In this document: in pieces, positions 36,888 to 50,160 of the stretch
Layout: each line of letters begins with the position of its first letter
Numbering within the stretch: position 1 is the first letter of the stretch
DNA from: Lama guanicoe
Lineage: Eukaryota
Length of the DNA stretch: 64,000 nt
Assembly (NCBI GenBank): GCA_013239625.1
Contig: MU053754.1
Coordinates: 741,379-805,378 of the forward strand
Direction: 5' to 3'
Position numbers and translations under genes: made by a program
The notes under the pieces: model-generated
The model's database searches: none
Seen by the model: the letters and a program-made list of their open reading frames with translations, nothing else
What the model was told of the DNA's origin: nothing

Positions 36888-37364
36888 AGAAATGAGTTTT
36901 AAGATGGCAGGAGGATGTCTCCGCTCCCCATGGGAATTTGTGTAGGACTAGGGACTTTGAGATAATTTGGTGTGTCTGTGGCGTGAAACATGTGGACAGA
37001 TGGACAGCGAGCAGGAGGACTTCAGTCTGCCAGTGCAGGAAAGATAGGCCACACCGTGAAAATCCACAGGGACAGTGGCATCATGTTTATTGACACAGGC
37101 AAACTGTGAAGGATTGTGAGCCAGAGAGCAGCGTGGCCATATTTGCAGACTAGAATGGTTATTCTGTGAACAGTGTGGAGATAACCAGTGGAAGGGATGG
37201 AAGAGCTTGCTAGCGTGGGAGAGCAGAAAAGACAGGACCACGAAGTGCTGGCTGTGCACATGGGGAGGACAGAAGGAAGAGCAGTCCCTGGGGACCCCTA
37301 CGTCAGCACATGTGTAGAAGGTCTGGTTTATCAGGCCGTGCTGACTGATAGGATCAAACGTGGA

Positions 37365-37836
37365 CAAAAGTGCCCTCGTCCGCTGTCTCTCTTTCCATCA
37401 TGCCAGTTTCCTGCTGTCAACCAAGATCTGAAAATATTAATTGTAAGATTTCAGATGCAAAGAATTCATACGTTTTAAATTGCACACCATTCTGAGGAGT
37501 GAGGAAATCTCTCAGCATCACCCTGTTGTCCAGGGAATCCCACCTCTTGGTGACTTAGCAGCTGCCTCAGTCATCAGATGGACTGTCGTCGCATTGTTTG
37601 CATTAAGTGACCCTTATTTTACTTAATAACGACTCCAAAGTACAAGAGTAGTGATGCAGGCAATTCACCTGTGCCAGAGAGCAGCCCTAAAGTGCTTCCT
37701 TGAATTAAAAAGGCAAAAGTTCTCAACTTAAAAAAAAAAAATTAGTATGGGGAGGTTGCTGAGGTCTACAGTAAGAAATCACCTTCTGTCTGTGAAATTG
37801 TAAAGAAGGAAGAAGGAATATGTGTTAATTTTGGTC
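37365..37836 (+). mobile_element. MER44 (Tigger7-derived) DNA transposon, right end missing
   Basis: ctgaaaatattaa..aattcatacgttttaaattgcacaccattctgag..cccttattttacttaataacgactccaaagtacaagagtagtgatgc..aaagttctcaactta. Confidence 0.85.
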
Positions 37837-37837
37837 T

Positions 37838-38372
37838 TGTACCCTTAATTTTCCCTCTACCCTTCCAGGTTCTTGGCTGATGCTCCCCCTGCCCCCTCCC
37901 CGTAATAAAAGACAAATTTCACTGGAGAAAAACAGAATCTTAATAACGTGTATACCTCCCATATACATGGGAAATACCCAGGCAAGCTGAGTAACTCCCT
38001 GCATTGGCCCAAGCCACCGCCTTAAACACCATTTCCAACTAAAGACAGAAGAAGGTGTTGAGGGTGGGAAAAGTCAGTTACGGGAGGTGACCAGGAAAAG
38101 CACATTAAACAAGAGTGAGGTCCTTATGCAGATTTAACTCCTTACCTTCTCCATTGGTAAGACTTTCTTGAAATTTAGAGTCCTGGTTCTGAGGGAGAGA
38201 GACACCCTTACAAATGGAGGTTTCCCTTGTAAATGTAAACGTCTCTTATGAAAGGGTCACTTCAGTTGGGTTTACAGTGCTGCTCCTGCATCTGCTGTTT
38301 CTTTAAAGTAGCCTTAAGATAATCCTTAAGCCAAATAGGCATATTTGGGCGTGTCACATTCTGCACCCTTCA
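37838..38372 (-). mobile_element. MER34-like ERV1 solo LTR
   Basis: Minus strand starts TGAAGGGTGCAGAATGTGACACGCCCAAATATGCCTATTTGGCTTAAGGATTATCTTAAGG, matching the remembered MER34 start. Confidence 0.82.
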
Positions 38373-39229
38373 ACTCATTAGAGACTTCAGAAACCATTGT
38401 CTAAAACTCTTACTTGTAGAGAAAGATGATTCCAGAGAAATCAAGTAACTTGCCCTGGATACGCCATGAATTACCATTAGCCATGGGGCATTGCTGTTTT
38501 CAGGGTGTGCCACTTCTCTTTGGTAAACAGTGTAGAACACATATCCAGCATCAAAGAGCTTGATTAAATATTTTTAGTCAGTAACAGAAGAGTATCTGAA
38601 ACATTAAATTTTTCTTTAGCTATTGAGATAAAATTCATTGCAAAAGTTATCTGTGGAAATGAAAGACTAAAAATATATGAGCATTTACGTATGATTTTCT
38701 CTATTAAAAAATATGGTCCTTAAGATTCATATCTACTCTGTTTTTCTTCTGTCAGCCTCAGGGAAAAAAATACAATGGGCTCAACAAAGCATAATGTTAT
38801 GATAAATGGATTTTATGTTTAGAGAATTTTAGTCTAAAAGAAGAATTTAAGCAGAACTGTTTGGTAAAAACACTTCGACTCTGATAAAGCAAAAGCAGTT
38901 GATGAGCTATTGTGATAGAGACACAATTTGAAGTCCTGTCAAAGTCAATGAAATTTTGTACAGAATTTCTCACATAGCACATTTCATTCTTGGAGGAGAA
39001 AGAATCTTCCCTTGGAAAATATCAGTTATGCCCATCTAGTCATAGCCATAAGCAACCTAAAGAAAAAAAAACTTAAGAAATGCTTTTTCCCTGAATCATG
39101 AAGTTTATTCTTAAGAACTTGGAGATATTTCCTAAAAATGATTTCTTTCTGAAATCTTTGAATTATTACTGAGATCAAAAGCCAATTTGCCTGCTTCTTT
39201 GTACGTAAGAGAAGAGGTTCATCATTCTT

Positions 39230-42200
39230 TTCTTTTCTTTTCTTTTCTTGTAACTGAAGTGCAGTTGATTTACAATACTGGGCTAGTTTCAGGTGTACAG
39301 CAAAGTGATTCAGTTATATATATATTTAGATTATTTTCCATTATAGGTTATTACAAGATATTGAATATTGTTACCTGTGTTATACAGTAAATCCTTCTTG
39401 TTCATCTGTTTATACATAGTAGTTTGTATATGTTAATCCCACACTCCCAATTCCCCTCCCCACTTTCCTGTTTGGTAACCATAAGTTTGTTTTCTCTATC
39501 TGTGAGTCCATTTGTTTTATATATAGATTCATTTGTAGTATTTTTTAAGTTCTACATACAAGTGATATTATATAATATTTGCCTTTCTCTGACTTACTTC
39601 ACTTAGTGTGATAGTCTCTAGGTCCGTCCATGTTGCTGCAAATGGCAATACTTCATTCTTTTTTATTGCTGAGTAATATTCCATTGTGTGTGTGTCTGTG
39701 TCTGTCTGTGTGTATAAATATATATACACATACATATGCACCACATCTTCTGAAACCAATCATCTATTGATAGACACTTAGGCTGTTTCTGTGTCTTGGC
39801 TATCATGACAGTGCTGCTGTGAACATTGGGATGCGTATATCTTTTCGAATTAAGAGTTCCCTTTTTTTTCTAGTTACAGCCCGGGAGTGGGGTTGCTGGA
39901 TCATATGGTAGGCTCTATTTTTAGTTTTTTAAGGAATCTCCATACTGCTTTCCATAATGACTGCACCAAACTACATTCCCACCAGCAGTGTAGGAGGGTT
40001 CCCTTTTCTCCACACCCTCCCCAGCATTTATTATTTGTAGACTTCTTAATGATGGTCATTCTAACCAATGTGAGATGATACCTTATTGTAGTTCTCATTT
40101 GCACTTCTCCAATGATTAGCAATGTTGAGCATCTTTTCATGTGCCTGTTGGCCATCTGTATGTCTTTGGAGAAATGTCTGTTTAGATCTTATGCCTGTTT
40201 TTTGATTGAGTTGTTTGGTTGTTTTGATATTGAATTGTATGAGCTGTTTTTATGGTTTGGAAATTAACCCCTTGTTGGCTGCTTCATTTGAAAATGTTTT
40301 CTCCAAGTCCAAAGGTGGTCTTTTCATTTTGCTTATGGCTTCTTTAGCTGAGAAAAAAACATTTTAAGTTTCGTTAGGTCCTATTTGTTTATTTTTGCTT
40401 TCATTTCTTTTGCCTTGGGAGACTGACCTAAAAAAAATTGCTACAATTTATATCAGAGAATGTTTAGCCTGTGTTCTCTTCTAGAAGTTTTGTGGTGTCA
40501 TTTCTTGTATTTAAGTCTTTAAGCCATTTTGCTTTTATTTTTGTGTGTGGTATGAGGGAGTGTTCTAACTTCATTGATTTACATGTGACTCTCGAGCTTT
40601 CCCAACACCACTTGCTGAAGAGATTGTCTTTTCTCCATTGTGTATTCGTGCTCCCTTTGTTGAAGATTAATTGACCGTAGCTGTGTAGGTTTATTTCTGG
40701 GCTCTCTGTTCTGTTCCATTGATCCGTATGTCAGTTTTTGTGCCAATACCACACTGTTTTGATTACTGTAGCTTTGTAGTATTGTCTGAATTCTGGGAGG
40801 GTTATGCCCTCAGCTTTGTTTTCTTCCTCAGGATTTCTTGGGCAATTCTGGGTCTTTTATACTTTCATACAAATTTTAGGATTATGTATTCTAGTTCTGT
40901 GGAAAATGTCATTAGGATAATTTGAGAGGGTTAGCATTAAAACTGTAGTATGGCCATTTTAACAATATTAACTCTTTCATACCACAAACATGGGATATAT
41001 TTCCATTTCTTTGCATCATCTTCAGTTTTCTTTATCAGTGTTTTATACTTTTCTGAGTATAGGTCTTTCACCTTCTTGGTTAGGTTAATTCCTAGGTATT
41101 TTATTTTTTGAATTGATTTTAAGCAGGATTTTAAAAAAATTGACTTTATTCTTTTAGAGCAGTTGCAGTTTCACAACAGAATAGAGCAGAAAATACAGAG
41201 AGTTTGCACATAGCCCTCCCCACCCACACATATATACTCCCCTATGCTCAACATCGCTCGTCGGTATGGCATATATGGTACAATCGATGAAATAACATGG
41301 GCATATTATTATCAACCAAAGTCCATAGTTTACATTAGGGTTCACTCTTGATGTTGTACATTCTATGGACTTTGACAAACACATAATGACATACAGCCAC
41401 CACTATATTATCATACAGAATAACGTCATTGCCTGAAAAATCCCTTGTGCTCCATATGTTCATTCCTCCTCAAACTCCTGGAAACTACGATCTTTTTATT
41501 GCTTCTGTAACTGTGCCTTTTCCAGAATGTCACTTGGTTGGAATCGTACAGTTTGTAGCCTTTTCAGACTGGCTTCTTTTCATTTAGCAATATGTCTTTT
41601 AAGTTTCTTCTATGTCTTTCATGGCTTGATAGATTTTTTTTTACTGTGCATATATTTTAAAATTTACATATATATACAGTTCATTGTTTCTGAGAACGTT
41701 TGGAGCTTTAGCTTTTTTAACTTACATAGTTATCAAAGGAATAAAGCCAACCGCAAAATAAAAATTAACTAAAAAAGATACATACACCTTGCTAGTAACA
41801 GCAGCATTGTTTATAATTGCCAGGATATGGACGCATTAAACAGGATTTTTTTTAACTTTCTCTTTCTGATATTTCCTTTTTTTGTAAAGAAATACAACAG
41901 ATTTCTGCTTGTTAATCTTGTATCCTGCCACCTTGCTGAAGTCATTTATTAGTCCTGATAGTTTTTGTGTGGTGTCTTTGGAGTTCTCTGTAGAGTATTA
42001 TGTTATCTGCAGATAGTGAAGTTTTACTTCTTTTCTTCCAATTTGGATCCCTGTTATTTCTTTTTCTTGTCTGATTGCTGTGACTGGAACTTCCAATACT
42101 TTGTGAATGGAAGTGGTTAGAATGGGCATCCTTGTCTTGTTCTTGAATTTAGCAGGTACGCTTTCAGCTTTTCACTGTTGAGTATGATATTGGCTGTGGG

Positions 42201-43756
42201 TTTGTCAAAAATGGCTTTTATTATGTTGAGGTATGTTGCCTCTATACCCACTTTGTTGAGAGATTTTATCATGAATGGATATTGAATTTTATCAAATGCT
42301 TTTTCTATTTAAATGATCATGTGGGTTCTGTCCTTTCTTTTGTTAACATGGTATATCACATTGATTGATTTGCGTCGACCCATCATCGTGACCCTGGAAT
42401 GAATCCAACTTGATCATGGTATATGATCCTTCTTATGTATTGTTGAATTCAGTTTGCTAATATTTTGTTGAGGATTTTGCATCTATATTTTTCAAACATT
42501 TTGGCCTGTAATTTTCTTTTTTGTAGTGCCTTTGTCTGTTTTTGGTATTGGGGTGATGCTGGCTTCACAGAATGAGCTTGGAAGTGTTCCCTCTTCAGTC
42601 TTTTGGAAGACTTTGAGAAGGATTGTTATAAGTTCTTCGTATGTTTGGTAGAATTCCCCAGCGAAGCCATCCCATCCTTGACTTTTGTTGGCAGAGAGGT
42701 TGGTTGGTTTGTTTGTTTTTAAATTACAGATTCTATTTCACTTCTATTGATGGGTCTGTTCAAATTATCTATTTCTTCTTGGTTCAGTTTTGGCAGTCTA
42801 TATATTTCTAGAAACCTGTCCATTCTTTTCCAGGTTGCCTAATTTCTTAGCATGTAACTGTTCATAGTAGTCTCGTATGATTTTGTTGAATTTCTGTGAT
42901 GTTGATTGTTATTTCTCCTCTTTTGAGTCTTACATTATGTATTTGGGTCCTCTCTCTTTTCCTCTTGGTGAGCCTGGCCAGAGGTTTGTGGATATTGTTT
43001 ACACTTTCAGAGAACCAGCTCTTGGTTGTGTTGATTTTTTTCTATTGTTTTTTAATCTCTGTTTTATTTATTTTCTATCTGATCTTTATTATTTCCTCCC
43101 TTCTGCTGATTTTAGATTTTGTTCTTCTTTTTCTAAATCTCTTTGGTAGGTTAGGTTTTTTTACTTGAGATTTTTCTTGTTTTTTGAGGAAGGCCTGTAT
43201 TGCTTTGAACGTTCCTCTTAGAACTGCTTTTGCTGCATCTCATTGCTGTGTTTTTATTGCCATTTCTCTCTACATATTTTCTGATTTCATCTTTGATTTC
43301 CTTACTGACTAATTGGTTTTTTAGTATCATGTTGTTTAGTCTTTATGTGATTTTTTTAACCTGATTTTCTTTCAGTAGTTGATTTCTAATTTCATACTGT
43401 TGTGGTCAGAAAAGGTGCTTGAAATAATTTTTATTCTCTTAAATTTGTTCAGGCTTGTTTTGTGTCCTAGTATGTCATCTATCCTAGATAATGTTCCATA
43501 TGTGCTTGACAAGAATGTATATTCTAGGGTATTTTTGGATGTGGAGTCCTATGGATATCAATTAAGTTAAACTTTTCTTTTGTGTCATTTAGGGTCTCTG
43601 TTGCTTTACTGATTTTCCATCTGGAAGACCTGTCCGTTGATGTCAGTGGAGTGCTAAAGTCTCCTACTATTACTGTATTCCTATCATTTTCTCCTTTTCT
43701 CTCTGTTAGTATTTGTCTTTATATTTATGTGCTCCTGTATTGGGTGCATATAAGTT
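39230..43756 (-). mobile_element. 5'-truncated artiodactyl L1 (about 3.8 kb, ORF2 endonuclease domain to 3'UTR), decayed and split by a nested insert
   Basis: ORF 39901-40155 ([46 protein letters not shown]) is L1 ORF2; near 43750 the reverse strand reads YAPNTGA (endonuclease motif); degenerate TSD aggttcatcattctt (39215-39229) / aggttcagtattatt (43757-43771). Confidence 0.95.
41133..41835 (-). mobile_element. Nested composite insert: L1MC-like 3'UTR (about 41140-41633), unidentified AT-rich segment (41634-41770) and oppositely oriented L1 ORF2 snippet (41771-41835)
   Basis: Host L1 resumes seamlessly across the 14-bp TSD ttaagcaggatttt (41119-41132) / ttaaacaggatttt (41836-41849); L1MC motif ccaaagtccatagtttacattagggttcactcttg. 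Confidence 0.85.
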
Positions 43757-43989
43757 AGGTTCAGTATTATTGAAGCTGCTTTTAAAAACAGATTGTCAAC
43801 AATGAAAGAGAAATGCATTCACCTCATTTTCAAATAGTTTTTAAAGTTTTCTTAGTCTTATTGAGTAATAGTCTCTAGCTCTTTTTGATTAATAGAAGGG
43901 CACAATGCCAGGGTTTTGTATGAAAATACCTTCAGAACATCCTTCCTTTTCATTACCATTATCAAAACTCTATTAAAAACATTGTGAAA

Positions 43990-44990
43990 AAGATTTTAAG
44001 ACAAAAAATAAGGATAAAATGTAGGAAAAGTGGCAAATATGTCTGTCACAGTAATCGATGTAAATGAGTCCCTATCACAGGAAAAAAATATTTTTTAACT
44101 ATGTGTGCTGCAGATATTAACTAGACTTAGTGTTGATCATTTTGCGATATATATAAATATTGAATCATGGTGTTACGCACCTGAAACTATTGCAATATTG
44201 CATATCAATTTAAAAATAAGTGTATATGAGATAAATTTATCCACCTATTGAAAGCAAAAGATTTTCACACTTAAATACACACACACCTTAAATAATTATA
44301 TCAAGTAGAAATAGTAACTACTGTCATATTCCATCACAATCAGTAAAATGAGAAATCAGCCACAAAAAATAGAAAGTGAAAAAGAACACCCTGAAATTTT
44401 TAAGTAAAATAAAACAAATTACAATCTATGTCTTAACTATTGAGTAAAAGAGAACATAAAAACTCAAAATGCAGAATTTATAGAAAAGAACAAATTTTTG
44501 TATGTAGCTAAAACATGCTCATAAGAAACTGAATAACTTTCAGTAAGTGTGTTAGTGAATAGAAGAGAAAAAGTATGTGAAGGACATTCAACTGAAATTG
44601 TTAGAATAACTAGTTTAAAATAAAACTAATGTATTCCTTCAATTTTTCTCTGAATCTTAAACTTAGAAAGGGATAAAGTCTGAATTAATTGAAAAAAAGG
44701 AAAGGTAATTAAAAAACAAAAGTGAAATTAAACACTCAGAAACAGACATATGATAAAACATAAATAAAACATAAACAAATAAACTCTTTGGGAAAATGAA
44801 TAAGTTAGTAGATTATATAATTTAAAAGTTGGTAATAGCACAAATCCAAAATTTAAAATAAAGAAATAACAGATAAAATTAAACGAATTACGGACTGACT
44901 TATTTTACTGTAGTCTATGGAAATAAGTTGGAAAACGATGTAAGAACAGATATTTTTTAAATACCCTGCTGAAGTGTTTTGATAAAATTT
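43990..44990 (+). mobile_element. Ancient L1M ORF2 remnant containing a short L1MA-like 3' end (about 44095-44220)
   Basis: Very A-rich decayed ORF2-like sequence; gatcattttgcgatatatataaatattgaatcatggtgttacgcacctgaaacta is an L1MA-type terminus. Confidence 0.6.
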
Positions 44991-45189
44991 ATTACATTAA
45001 AGGACAATGATGGATATCTGTTTCTGGAAGTTTCTCTTATGGACCTCAACACAATCTATATTTCCGAGTAAAAAGAATAAAGAAATAAAAAGCACATAGA
45101 GACAGTAACTGATGATGTGTCTGTGTTAGTTGTTGATGCTGGCATACTGCCATTTATTTAGTCAAGAAATAGTGATTGGAAGCCGCTGA

Positions 45190-45400
45190 GAGCCACGCAC
45201 TGTGTCAGACACTGAAGATGCACTGGTTAGAAGGCAAAACTGAGACCCTGTCCTTGCGGGGCTCACAGCCTAGTCTTGGAGGAGAAGCATCAAATAAATA
45301 ATCACACACATTTGTGTATGCGCGCGCACACACAGACACACACACACACAGTGGCAATAATGACAGCTGCAAAGGGGAGAAGGTTCAGGGCTCCAAAAAC
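45190..45400 (-). mobile_element. L2 3' fragment containing an imperfect (CG)/(CA)n run (about 45320-45350)
   Basis: cagacactgaagatgcactggt..ccctgtccttgcggggctcacagcctagt..aaataaataatcacac. Confidence 0.65.
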
Positions 45401-47329
45401 ATTTTATAAATGAATGTGCAGTTGGGACAGAAAATGAACTTATTTATAATTGAAGCAGTTTATGGAAGGGCTCCCTCGCACCCTCTCCTCTCCACTCCAT
45501 CCAGCCGAGCCCACGCGCTATAAATAACGCCTTGTATTAGTTTCTTTATGCAAATATAGACCGTTAAACACTAGCCTTTTCCCGTATCTTCTGTAAAGGT
45601 CTGATGCTTTCGTCTTGTACATGTGTGTAGTATTTCATTGTGTACCATATCATAGTTTACTGAGCAGTTCCTGCTGACACTTACTTCCAGTCACTTGCAC
45701 ATTTCACATGTTGCTTGGATCTAGCCAAATGATGGCAAATCAGACATTGATAGCTAGTGTGAAAAATCGTGTCATCTGTTTTTCTGTGTCTCTTGTTAAA
45801 TGTAAGAGAGCAGTTTTCTCTGTCGACAACATTGTGCTTTGAACCTGTGTGTGAACTTTTTTCTTCCGTTCGTGAGTATGACTGCTGAACTCACTACAGT
45901 ATTTCAGCATGCATCAGTTACTCTCCCGCCCAACCACAGAAATGGTCATAAATGAAAACACAAATAAAGCTATACTAATCCATCAGTGTTTGACAAAGAG
46001 TTTGTTATTAATAAATGCCTTTGATGATTTTTAAATCCTTGCCAGCTGTTTAGAAATAATTCAGGATGTGAAGCATGTAAAAGTGCCTCAGTTCCCAAGC
46101 AAACTGAATTTTATGGCTGAGGTGTAAATTTCTCCCACTATTATTTTTAGATGCTAATGTCGTGTCGCAAATTAACACATGTAGCCCCATCTCCATCCAA
46201 TTTGGAAACAGGAAATGTTTCTCTTGCATACTTTCTATTGAAGTCTTGACTAAGTAATTTGAACTCTGCTGCCTCTTTGAATTGTATGAGATCTGGGCTG
46301 AGATGAAGCATGCCTAGATACATTTAACCCCAGGGTTATCCCACTTGAACACACCAGTATGGGTAGACCTGTTGTCTGTGACGGATGTCAGTCTGATCAA
46401 GCCTGTTCTGTTGTGATCGCTGTGTGCCCTTATTCTGTTAGTTATTCATTATTGGAAACTACCCTGACTATTAGTGCTCATTTTTTCTGCTTGTGTTCTA
46501 ATATAAACTTTGTGAACCGGGCCAGGTACACCCTCTGAGTCCAGAATAAATAAAGATTTGGTGCAGTACAAGTACCCCAAGAAACTGAGACAGGAATGTC
46601 TTCTGAGAACACACTGACTCATCAGGGAGGGCAACTATTTCCATAGCGACGGTGTTCATTTTGCCCAAATTGAGGAAGTTTATCATCCAAAAATTGTAAC
46701 TTAGTGGCTCCCATGAAAGTGATTTACGAGATATAAATCTATTCATACCAATTGTTAAACCCAGGCTCCATCATAATTGGGTTTAGGAAAGTTACATTTT
46801 GAGAAAGAATGCTCTCCAGCATGAGTTTTATTCAAAACAAATGGTGCAGGTCAGTGGAAGAGGGATTGTTTCTGCCTGTGCCAGCCCCATGGAAGAGCCA
46901 AATTCCCCCAAATGCAAGCAAACTTAGTCGAAATTTATACTCTCTCCACCATCATGAATCTGCTTTTCAAAATAAATAATATCAGGTTAAAATGATTGAT
47001 ATCCTAATGCCTTTGTAATTGTTTCTCAATGTTTACATCCAGTAAGTACAGAAAGTCTCCTAACTTCAAAAGCTTTTCATAATATGACAAACTGGGTAGG
47101 ATACCATGTTACAATTATAAATTAATTCTAGAAACAATTCAAGAATAGAGGAGATGTTGACCCTAGATTGAATCTTTCATTCTCCACTATCTGTATGATT
47201 TTAGGAAAAGTTCCAAAGTTAAAGGAAGGCAGAAATAACAACATGTGACAATTATTACACATACGTATTGCATCTCCCCATCATTAGGGATTTCCTAATG
47301 TCCGTCAGTGTCGTCTGTATTTATAGGTC

Positions 47330-47500
47330 ATAGCATGAAGCAGACGGAGCCAGACAGACTTGCCTTCAGGCCATAACTCCCACATTCACCAAATGACTGA
47401 ACTCAGGCAGGCAGTTGGATCCCTTAAACCTTGGGTTCCTCATCTGCACAGTGAAGATGTATGGGGTTTAAAATAACATCATGCATCATGCCTTGACCAG
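47330..47500 (+). mobile_element. MIR SINE
   Basis: ggagccagacagacttg..ccttgggttcctcatctgcacagtgaagat. Confidence 0.6.
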
Positions 47501-47959
47501 GGTGCAGACCCCACACGAGTATTTTCTGTTGGGACTCAGCTCTCTTGACTGCCCTCAGATACGTAATTACTTCTTTTCCTGTTGCCTGTCCATGTATTAT
47601 TTCTAATTCAAATCTTTTTAAAGACATGTGGCGGTGTACTAAGGCTACAAAGTTTGGGATTAAACTGCCACATTAATGGGGAGTGGAGCAGTAGTTATGG
47701 AAGAAGTGTAAGGAAAGGGCACGTTATTGGAGGGTAGCTGAAGAGTTAACCCTGGGCTCCTGGGAGTGATGGCGAGGAGAGAAACGTGAGGGGTTGAAGG
47801 TGTTTGTTTTCCGAGAGGTGATGCTTGCTGTACCCTCGGAAGACGCCCGTGGGGCCCTGGGTATCAGTGGTGATTATAGCACATACTTTTTAAGTAAGCT
47901 ATGGAACAGACAATGTTGTCAATGTTAGCTTTGCAAAAAATGGTACGATGCTGACTGCT

Positions 47960-48363
47960 GTTGGCCCTTGTAGCAGAAGGGAGCTCATCCAGAGCTCAGG
48001 TTCTGGGACGCTGACTGTCTGCCTGGGTGTGGGTTACCGTTCTGTTGTCTGGAAGGTCTTCCTGGCCTCACTGGGGCTGAGAACCCCCACGGGCAGCCAT
48101 GACTAGCAAGTACAGAGGGTGAAGGCCCCGGCACAACGCCCAGGGGTTAAACCACCCATGGGGGATCAATTCTGGATTTTCTAAGTCTTTAGTTGGGAAA
48201 AGCCCTACATACCTATGGTGAGAACCTCTTCTCACTTTTCTCCTTTGTTTGTTGAATGTCCTCACGTCCTCAGCAGATGCTTCCTGGGTCCCCTTCCAAA
48301 TAAACCACCTGCCCTTCAGTTCCTGGACTCAGGGGTTCCTTTCGGAGAATCCACACTAAGACA
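47960..48363 (+). mobile_element. LTR16-like ERVL solo LTR (left boundary uncertain)
   Basis: 3' end ccaaataaaccacctgcccttcagttcctggactcagggg..ggagaatccacactaagaca resembles LTR16 termini. Confidence 0.6.
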
Positions 48364-49329
48364 GATTCCAATAGAAGTCAAAGCACATGGCTAAATTGTA
48401 GCATTGAAGGCTTTCCCGTGGGAAAACGATGCCACCAGTATAGCATAATCCACGGGAGCTGGGTCACGAACCGCTCTGCTGTCGGCACTCAGTGTAGATG
48501 GTCTCAAGTGATGAAGAGAGAGCGTGTACAGTCTCCTTACGTGATTCTGTTAACTCGGTCAGGCTCACGTTGAACGTTCCAGAGAAACAAATAGAAATAG
48601 AAATGCAATGAGAGTGGCTTGAAGGATGCCGGTAATTTTACTTTTTTTTTTTTTTTTTGATTTGTCTGTGTCCACTTTGTGACATCCATCTGTGAATGTA
48701 CATCATGAATTCACTGTGACATTCATGTTTGCTATTTTCTGGATTTTATTATATTTCAGTGAAAAGCTTACCTCTAACTAAATTTATTTAGAAAACTATT
48801 CAAATTTAAGATTTCTAGCCCAGGCCTGAAATTCAGGCATGTTGGCTTCCTCTTCTGCAAAAAAGAAGTTCCTCATTGTTCCTCATTGTTAGAACTATGG
48901 TAGGTCCTAATAATGCAGAATTGTGGTTGGACTATGATGGGCATCAGTGATAGAGGTAGAGTTTTCGGCCCTGGATTGGCACAAGGAGGAACTCATTAGA
49001 CCATTTGCCCCTGTGTTTTCAAGGGGCATCATTTGTTTCCTCTGTAACAGGAAAGCAGGTGGCATGGTGGTAATTTATCACAAAAATGAAAAATCCTAAC
49101 GTACCTTCTTAACCTGGTTGATGAATGCCAAATATTCCAACAAGTAAACTTCATTTTGGTTTAAGGAAGTCCTTGAGTTAAATCAGGGTTCATTGAAGGC
49201 TGGCAGGGAAATCTGATGATTTTGCAGACGGGAAATGCCCTACATTTCTTTGCTTTTCCTCTGGATTGTACCCAGTGAATACAGAATTTAGCCAAATCAT
49301 GGAAAAAGGCAACTCCTGGTAGCTCAATG

Positions 49330-50160
49330 TGTACGTGCTGTGTTCAACCAGATGAGATGTTAAGGACACCTTTGGTCTATCCAGTAGGGGACCTGGTTCT
49401 CGGAGAGGTGAAGTTGGCAGTCAGCGAGGGTGCACATTGCCTAGGTTTTACAACGTATGATGTGATCGGGGCCAGAGAGGGTGGTGGAAGTTACTCTCGC
49501 TGGGGATCAGGAGGGTCATTGTGGGTTGGAGTGGTTAAGAAACCTTCACCAAGAATAAGTTGGTCTTGAAAGGGGGAAGGGAGTTGAATTTGGATGAGTG
49601 GTCAAGCATCAGGAAGAATCTTTGTACATTTAGCAGGGCACAGCCTGAGCAAAACTATGGAGCAGATAAGAAAGGACATGACATGGGGTTATTGGAGGAT
49701 TGTGGAAGTTAGGGGCCAGAAATTAAGTTTACGACCTGAGAAGAGAGACTTCTTAGGTGGGTGACAGGTGTGAGGATGCAAGACAGAGAGCTTGAGGGCC
49801 ATGGGTTCCAGTTGAGGAAAAGTTTGCAGCTGTGAGCATCCTGACCGCAGGACTGGTGGTCCACACTTTGTGTCTCCTCAGCAGCCGGGGAAAAGCAGGT
49901 CCTTAGGACCACGTGTCTGGCTGCCCGATGGATTGCTTCAACTCTCATTTACTAATTTATGGGATATCATTGTATTTAGTGTCAAAAGGGGATGCAAAGT
50001 AGCAGCAGCAATTAAACCAACAGTCAAAAATTATTAAATAAGACAGACTGAAGGCGGAAGACGTGTTGGCAGACGAAGGTGATGGATAAGGAGGGTCTGG
50101 TGAATCAGGGAAGATTTCATGCTGGGAGACACTTTGGAGCTGGACTTGATCTTGGAAACC
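49330..50160 (-). mobile_element. L2 fragments
   Basis: gggatcaggagggtc..gagttggtcttgaaagg..gcagggcacagcctgagcaaaa and aatcagggaagatttcatg..tttggagctggacttga. Confidence 0.5.

Noticed and set aside
45505..45535. TATA- or MEF2-like CTATAAATAA with nearby CpGs as a promoter
   Set aside because: Isolated motif next to old repeat remnants, with no CpG island or downstream first-exon evidence.
48868..48890. 10-bp tandem duplication gttcctcatt (similar gttatttaaa repeat near 58250)
   Set aside because: Ordinary slippage-type micro-duplication.
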